A DNA stretch of 11,996 nucleotides. It comes from Octopus sinensis. Lineage: Eukaryota. Of the stretch, positions 7,880 to 11,996 are shown one piece after another (positions within the stretch are counted from its first letter, which is position 1; each line of letters opens with the position of its first letter). The translations under genes and the position numbers were made by a program. The DNA is taken from the NCBI RefSeq assembly GCF_006345805.1, contig NW_021826767.1, positions 1 to 11,996 of the forward strand. The letters run 5' to 3'. The notes beneath the pieces are model-generated. The model did no database searches. It worked only from the letters and a program-made list of their open reading frames with translations, and was not told the origin of the DNA.

Positions 7880-7918
7880 TGTATAATATACACCACACAT
7901 ACTATATAATTTATATAT
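7633..7918. repeat. Degenerate (TA)n tract
   Basis: Read directly from the sequence. Confidence 0.9.
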
Positions 7919-8414
7919 GAGACACCCACTTATAGCTGTGCCCACATATCTGCATATCAGAGAATCAGAGAGAATAACATCCTATGTCCTGAGATAATTA
8001 TATGAAAACAATGAAGCTGTTTGTAAAATACTATGGATGGTTCATGAATTATGTTGTTTATAGTTCTTCAGGCATCTTGTTGTGTTATTGGTTTGCTGAC
8101 CTTCTTCTCCTTCACCTACCTGTCTCCTATCCTCCTCGTCCTCCTCCTCCTACATACATACATACATCTATATATATATATATATATATAATATATATTA
8201 TATAATATATATATATATACTCTTTTACTCTTTACTTGTTTCAGTTATTTGATTATGGCCATGCTGGAGCACTGCTTTTAGTCAAGCAAGTCGACCCCCA
8301 GGACTTATTCTTTGTAAGCCTCGTACTAATTCTATAGGTCCCTGAACCACTAAGTTACGGGGACATAAACACACCAGCATCGGTTGTCAAGCAATGGTGT
8401 GGGGACAAACACAG

Positions 8415-8452
<38 letters not shown>

Positions 8453-8610
8453 CCTTTTTTCTCTCCTTGTTTTTTCTGTGTCCCTTTCTGTAGAAGAGCG
8501 TAGACTTGAAACATAAAAGACTTTTCCTATTCCTGAGCGTTATACTAATACATCTGTTGTTTTCTTTCTACACACCTGTCTTCGTCTTTTGTTTTTTTCA
8601 TAAACTCTCC
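8453..8610 (+). mobile_element. Short hammerhead-bearing PLE-like element inserted in (TA)n
   Basis: Flanked on both sides by (TA)n; pyrimidine leader, hammerhead-like motif, and a tail sharing TTCCTGAGC..TAATAC..CACCT..GTCTTTT with the 3161 element. Confidence 0.62.
8484..8519 (+). ncRNA. Minimal type-I hammerhead-like motif with a CTGTAGA (A6U) core, decayed
   Basis: CTTT-CTGTAGA-A-GAGC gtag ACTT-GAAA-CA-TA|AAAG; stem I is perfect (CTTT/AAAG); the stem II and III defects are all transitions. Confidence 0.55.
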
Positions 8611-9334
8611 ATATAATATAATTATATATATATAATATAATATTACATACATATACACAACAGGCTCTTTCAGTTTCTGTCTACCAAATCTCGGGCTTTG
8701 ATCGCCCGAGGCTATAGCAGAAGACACTTGCCCAGGGTGCCATGCAGGGGACTAAACCCGGAACCATGTGGTTTGGTAAACCTACTTACCACACAGCTCT
8801 CCTACGCCTATATATATATATATATATATATATTATCTATATAATATAAGTATAGTATAAGATGGTGGGTGGAAATAGTACAGAAGTAAGTCTAAGATAT
8901 TTCAATTTAAGAGAGAATTTAATAAAAATGATTTTAAAAATCATGTAAAGAAAATATTACCGGTTTTGATGTATCTCATCTTATCAAATATTAGTAAAAA
9001 TTTACAAAAAATTGAAGTAAAAACAGTTTATCTTCTGTCTGGAGGTCAAGAACATGTCTGGAGATTTTTCGTTGAATTCTTCTTTAAATATAGTTTGGTA
9101 TAGAGTTCAAAGTGTTAGAGAGTGAGAGAAGGGGTGTCTATTGTCTAAAATAAATCTTTGTGTATTCCTGCCAAGGGAGTGGCTAAAAAGCATTTATTGA
9201 ATAGGTTTTATGCCCACCTGTGTGTGTGTATGTTGTTGTGTGTGTATGTGTGCATGTGTGTGTGCATGTGTGTGTGTGTGTTTGTGTATTGTGTTGAATG
9301 TCCTTTCAATATTTTGAAAAATGACCAGCTGTGA

Positions 9335-9762
9335 GTTGATGGGTGTGTATGTTGTGAAGAATGTCTTGTTGAAGAAAGTATAAATGGCCTTTGGAAGGGA
9401 CTCACCGAAACTGCCCTGACTTCTCAGAACTCCAACAGGACTGCAACTACAGCAGACCCTACCACTTCAACACACTCACCATCAAAAACGACCCTACAGA
9501 CCCACTCAAAACAGTTGGACAACAAATATCAACCCCACTCAAAGTTATATTCCTTTTTTAGCAGAAGGATAGGAATACCAGGACACACGTTGGCCTTCCT
9601 ACATGAGAAACCAAAGGTAATTAGCCTTTCAAAAAATCATTAACTGACGCCCAAATAGAAATTCTAAGTAAGGGACTGAAGTTTAAACCCACACCACAAA
9701 AACCAAACTTCCCTGAATTAAAAAATGACATTGCAGAATTCTGCCAAAAACTGAAAAGTTAG
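9335..9762 (+). pseudogene. Penelope-like element ORF, N-terminal pre-RT fragment, frameshifted
   Basis: Frame open 9335-9643 (...KPKVISLSK), shifts in the A6 run at 9631-9636 to SLTDAQIEILSKGLKFKPTPQKPNFPELKNDIAEFCQKLKS*. This matches the PLE motif V.NLS...L...E..LL.KGL.F.PTP....D.E.F.RKL. The 5' limit of element-derived sequence is uncertain (probably ~9401). Confidence 0.8.
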
Positions 9763-10150
9763 AATATACAAGCAGTTAGTTTTACATGTGGATCTGGCTG
9801 CGTTGTGTATTTGAAATCGAAAGGCTGTCCCACTGATGAAACATGGCCTTCAGCAAATATTTTTTTGCTGGAAATAGTTAGAAACCATGGTCTGGGAAAT
9901 AATTGAGATGGTAAACGTTTTTAATTTTCATTCCTTTCAAAAATTAATCCTTATTTGATGGTTTTGAGTTTTCTACTGCTCTTTCTAACACAAGGCTTTC
10001 CTATTTGGAAACCTCTTATTGTATTTATATATATATATATATATATATATACATACTTATAAATTAAGGATATAATGATTAAAATGATTATATTAGTGGC
10101 TAGCATATAAAAATTGACCACATTGGTAAAATTAATTCTTAAATATATAT

Positions 10151-10538
10151 AATTATAAAAATATAATTATTATTAAGGGTGCTGGAATGCTAGCGCCTGT
10201 ATGCTAGACGTAGGTGTCAAATACCTACAATCCTCTCTAAATTAGTTCTGTTTTTATAACCCTAGGTCAAATGTGAAGATTTACAAAAGTCATGCTCTGT
10301 AATAAAGATTACCTTGCAATCCCCAGCAGAAATACACCGATAAATTATATAAGTGAAAAATTCATTTACATACCGATAAATCTACTTGTACAGATACCAA
10401 TGCATACATGCATTTCCCGCATATACATTCCATAAATAGAGAACAAATTTAGAGTGGATTGTAGGTATTGGACATCTACTTCTAGTGTATAGGTGCTGGC
10501 ATTCCAGTGCCCTTAATCATAATTATTATTCTATAATT
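10151..10538. mobile_element. Fold-back element 2: 107-bp inverted arms (10151-10257 and 10432-10538) with a 174-bp spacer
   Basis: Ungapped manual alignment gives about 18 mismatches in 107, many of them transitions. Confidence 0.88.
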
Positions 10539-10558
10539 AAATTCTTAAAATATATATA

Positions 10559-10706
10559 TTGCTTACCAACCACATAGTTCTGGGTTCATTCCCACTGCAA
10601 GGCACCTTGGGCAAGTGTCTTCTACTATAGCCTCAGGCCAACCAAAGCCTTGTGAGTGGATTTGGTAGATGGAAACTGAAAGAGGCCTGTTGTACATATG
10701 TATATA

Positions 10707-10742
<36 letters not shown>

Positions 10743-11000
10743 TGTATGTATGTATGTATGTATGTATGTATGTATGTATGTGTGTGTGTGTATATGTTTG
10801 TGTGTCTGTGTTTGTCCCCCCAACATCGCTTGACAACCGATGCTGGTGTGTTTAGGTCCCTGTAACTTAGCGGTTCAGCAAAAGAGACTGATAGAATAAG
10901 TACTAGGCTTACGAAGAATAAGTCCTGGGGTCAATTTGCTTGACTAAAGGTGGTGCTCCAGCATGGCCGCAGTCAAATGACTGAAACAAGTAAAAGAGAG
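10559..11000 (+). mobile_element. SINE family A, 5'-truncated, with a (TATG)n-expanded linker
   Basis: Starts TTGCTTACCAACC; has the B box, core, linker and complete tail. Confidence 0.92.
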
Positions 11001-11261
11001 TATATATATACATATATATATATATAGATACATATACATATACATTGCCCCCTTTCTTCCCCCTGCCCCACCCAGCCCTTAGTATGAATCGCAAAATTTG
11101 TCTGAGGCAGTCTTTTATTATTCCTTTCTTTCACCAGGCCTTCTAATAAATTCTTACTTCATGCAGGGATGTTGCGCATCACTTCTAAAAGTGAGACACG
11201 TACCATATATATATATATATATATATGTAGAAGGTAGAAAAGTAACATTTGAGTTGATATG

Positions 11262-11462
11262 TATAAGCAAAATAAGAGAAGGTAGAAAATGCTAAAATAA
11301 TTTTATCATGGAAACATTTTAGTATCGGTTTCAGTCTTTGAGTGTTTCTCCACTTTGAGTAAAGCATAAGTTGAAAAAGTCACAAAGACTGAAACTGGTA
11401 GTAGAATGTTCTTAATGATGAAATTATTTGAGCATTTTCTACCTTGTCTTATTTTGCTTATA
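11262..11462. mobile_element. Fold-back element 3: ~80-bp inverted arms (11262-11340 and 11383-11462) with a 42-bp spacer
   Basis: Manual alignment gives about 10 differences; the right end runs into (TA)n. Confidence 0.88.
11371..11400 (+). ncRNA. Degenerate hammerhead-like motif spanning the spacer/arm junction
   Basis: TTGAAAA (CTGAAGA with two transitions)-AGTC acaaa GACT-GAAA-CTGG-TA. The opposite arm reads GAAACCGATA, implying an ancestral palindromic ACCGGT-A. Stem I is not evident. Confidence 0.42.
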
Positions 11463-11475
11463 TATATATATATAT

Positions 11476-11495
11476 AAGAAGTGGAAGAAGAAGTG

Positions 11496-11527
<32 letters not shown>

Positions 11528-11872
11528 AGAAGAAGAAGAAAACGAAGAAAAAGAAGGAGGAGGAGGAGGAGGAAGAAGTGGAAGAAGGAGGAGGAGGAGG
11601 AGGGGAAGAGGAAGAAGTGGAAGAAGAAAAAGGAGGAGGAGAGGAGGAGGAAGTAGAAGAAGAAGAAGGAGGAGGAGGCGAGGAGGAAAAAGATGTGGAA
11701 GGAGAAGAAGAAGAAGAAGAAGAAAAAGAAGCAGGTTGAGGAGGAGGAGGAGGAGGAAGAAGAAGTGGAAGAAGAAGAAGAAGAAGAAGGAGGGGGAGGA
11801 GGAGGAGGAGGAGCAGGGGAGGAGGAAGAAGTGGAAGAAGAAGAAGAAGAAGAAGAAGAAGAAGAAGAAGAA
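11476..11872 (+). repeat. Polypurine (GAA)n/(GGA)n compound trinucleotide tract
   Basis: About 400 nt almost free of pyrimidines, with recurrent GAAGTGGAAGAA interruptions. Confidence 0.95.
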
Positions 11873-11996
11873 TGTGGGAGTACTATGTTAGTAGTAGGAT
11901 GTTAACTGGTCAAGTGCCCTGAAAGTGACTTGTTGTGGATGGTAGTAGTGATTGAATTCTTGAGACATTGCTTTTGAGTCTATTGCTTATATATAA

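Larger units (their letters stand above)
8218..8809 (-). mobile_element. SINE family A, full length, interrupted in its linker by a 158-bp insertion
   Basis: 3' half at 8218-8430 and 5' half at ~8657-8809 are colinear and on the same strand, separated by (TA)n and the 8453-8610 insert. Confidence 0.9.

Noticed and set aside
8010-8075. Minus-strand CTGAAGA at 8065-8071 as another hammerhead
   Set aside because: There is no correctly placed GAAA, and helices I and III cannot be formed without many changes.
9831-9860. CTGATGA as a hammerhead core
   Set aside because: No helix II or downstream GAAA-helix III follows.
11428-11905. Poly-E/K/R/G ORFs resembling acidic low-complexity proteins
   Set aside because: All three frames are open simply because a purine-only tract cannot encode stops; there is no splice or codon evidence.

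Overview
AT-rich, microsatellite-saturated eukaryotic non-coding DNA. The SINE set and the (TA)n/(CA)n density suggest an octopus-like cephalopod intron or intergenic region; this is inference from recalled repeat families, not a database match. No supportable host protein-coding gene is present, and nearly all listed ORFs are translated microsatellites or antisense SINE sequence. The window is a nested mosaic of nine copies or halves of one tRNA-derived SINE family (A), two other SINE families, a Tc1/mariner-type MITE, a 611-bp non-autonomous Helitron (duplicated 5' end, nested SINE, RepHel remnant), a frameshifted N-terminal ORF fragment of a Penelope-like element (PLE), three ~80-107-bp-arm fold-back elements and a 400-bp polypurine tract. 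The main finding is five different short non-coding elements carrying type-I hammerhead-ribozyme-like cores (2640, 3258, 4333, 8484, 11371), two with non-canonical cores. Four of the five end in (TA)n. In two fold-backs the inverted arm starts inside the ribozyme motif, suggesting these 'MITEs' are inverted pLTR products of ribozyme-bearing non-autonomous PLE derivatives.
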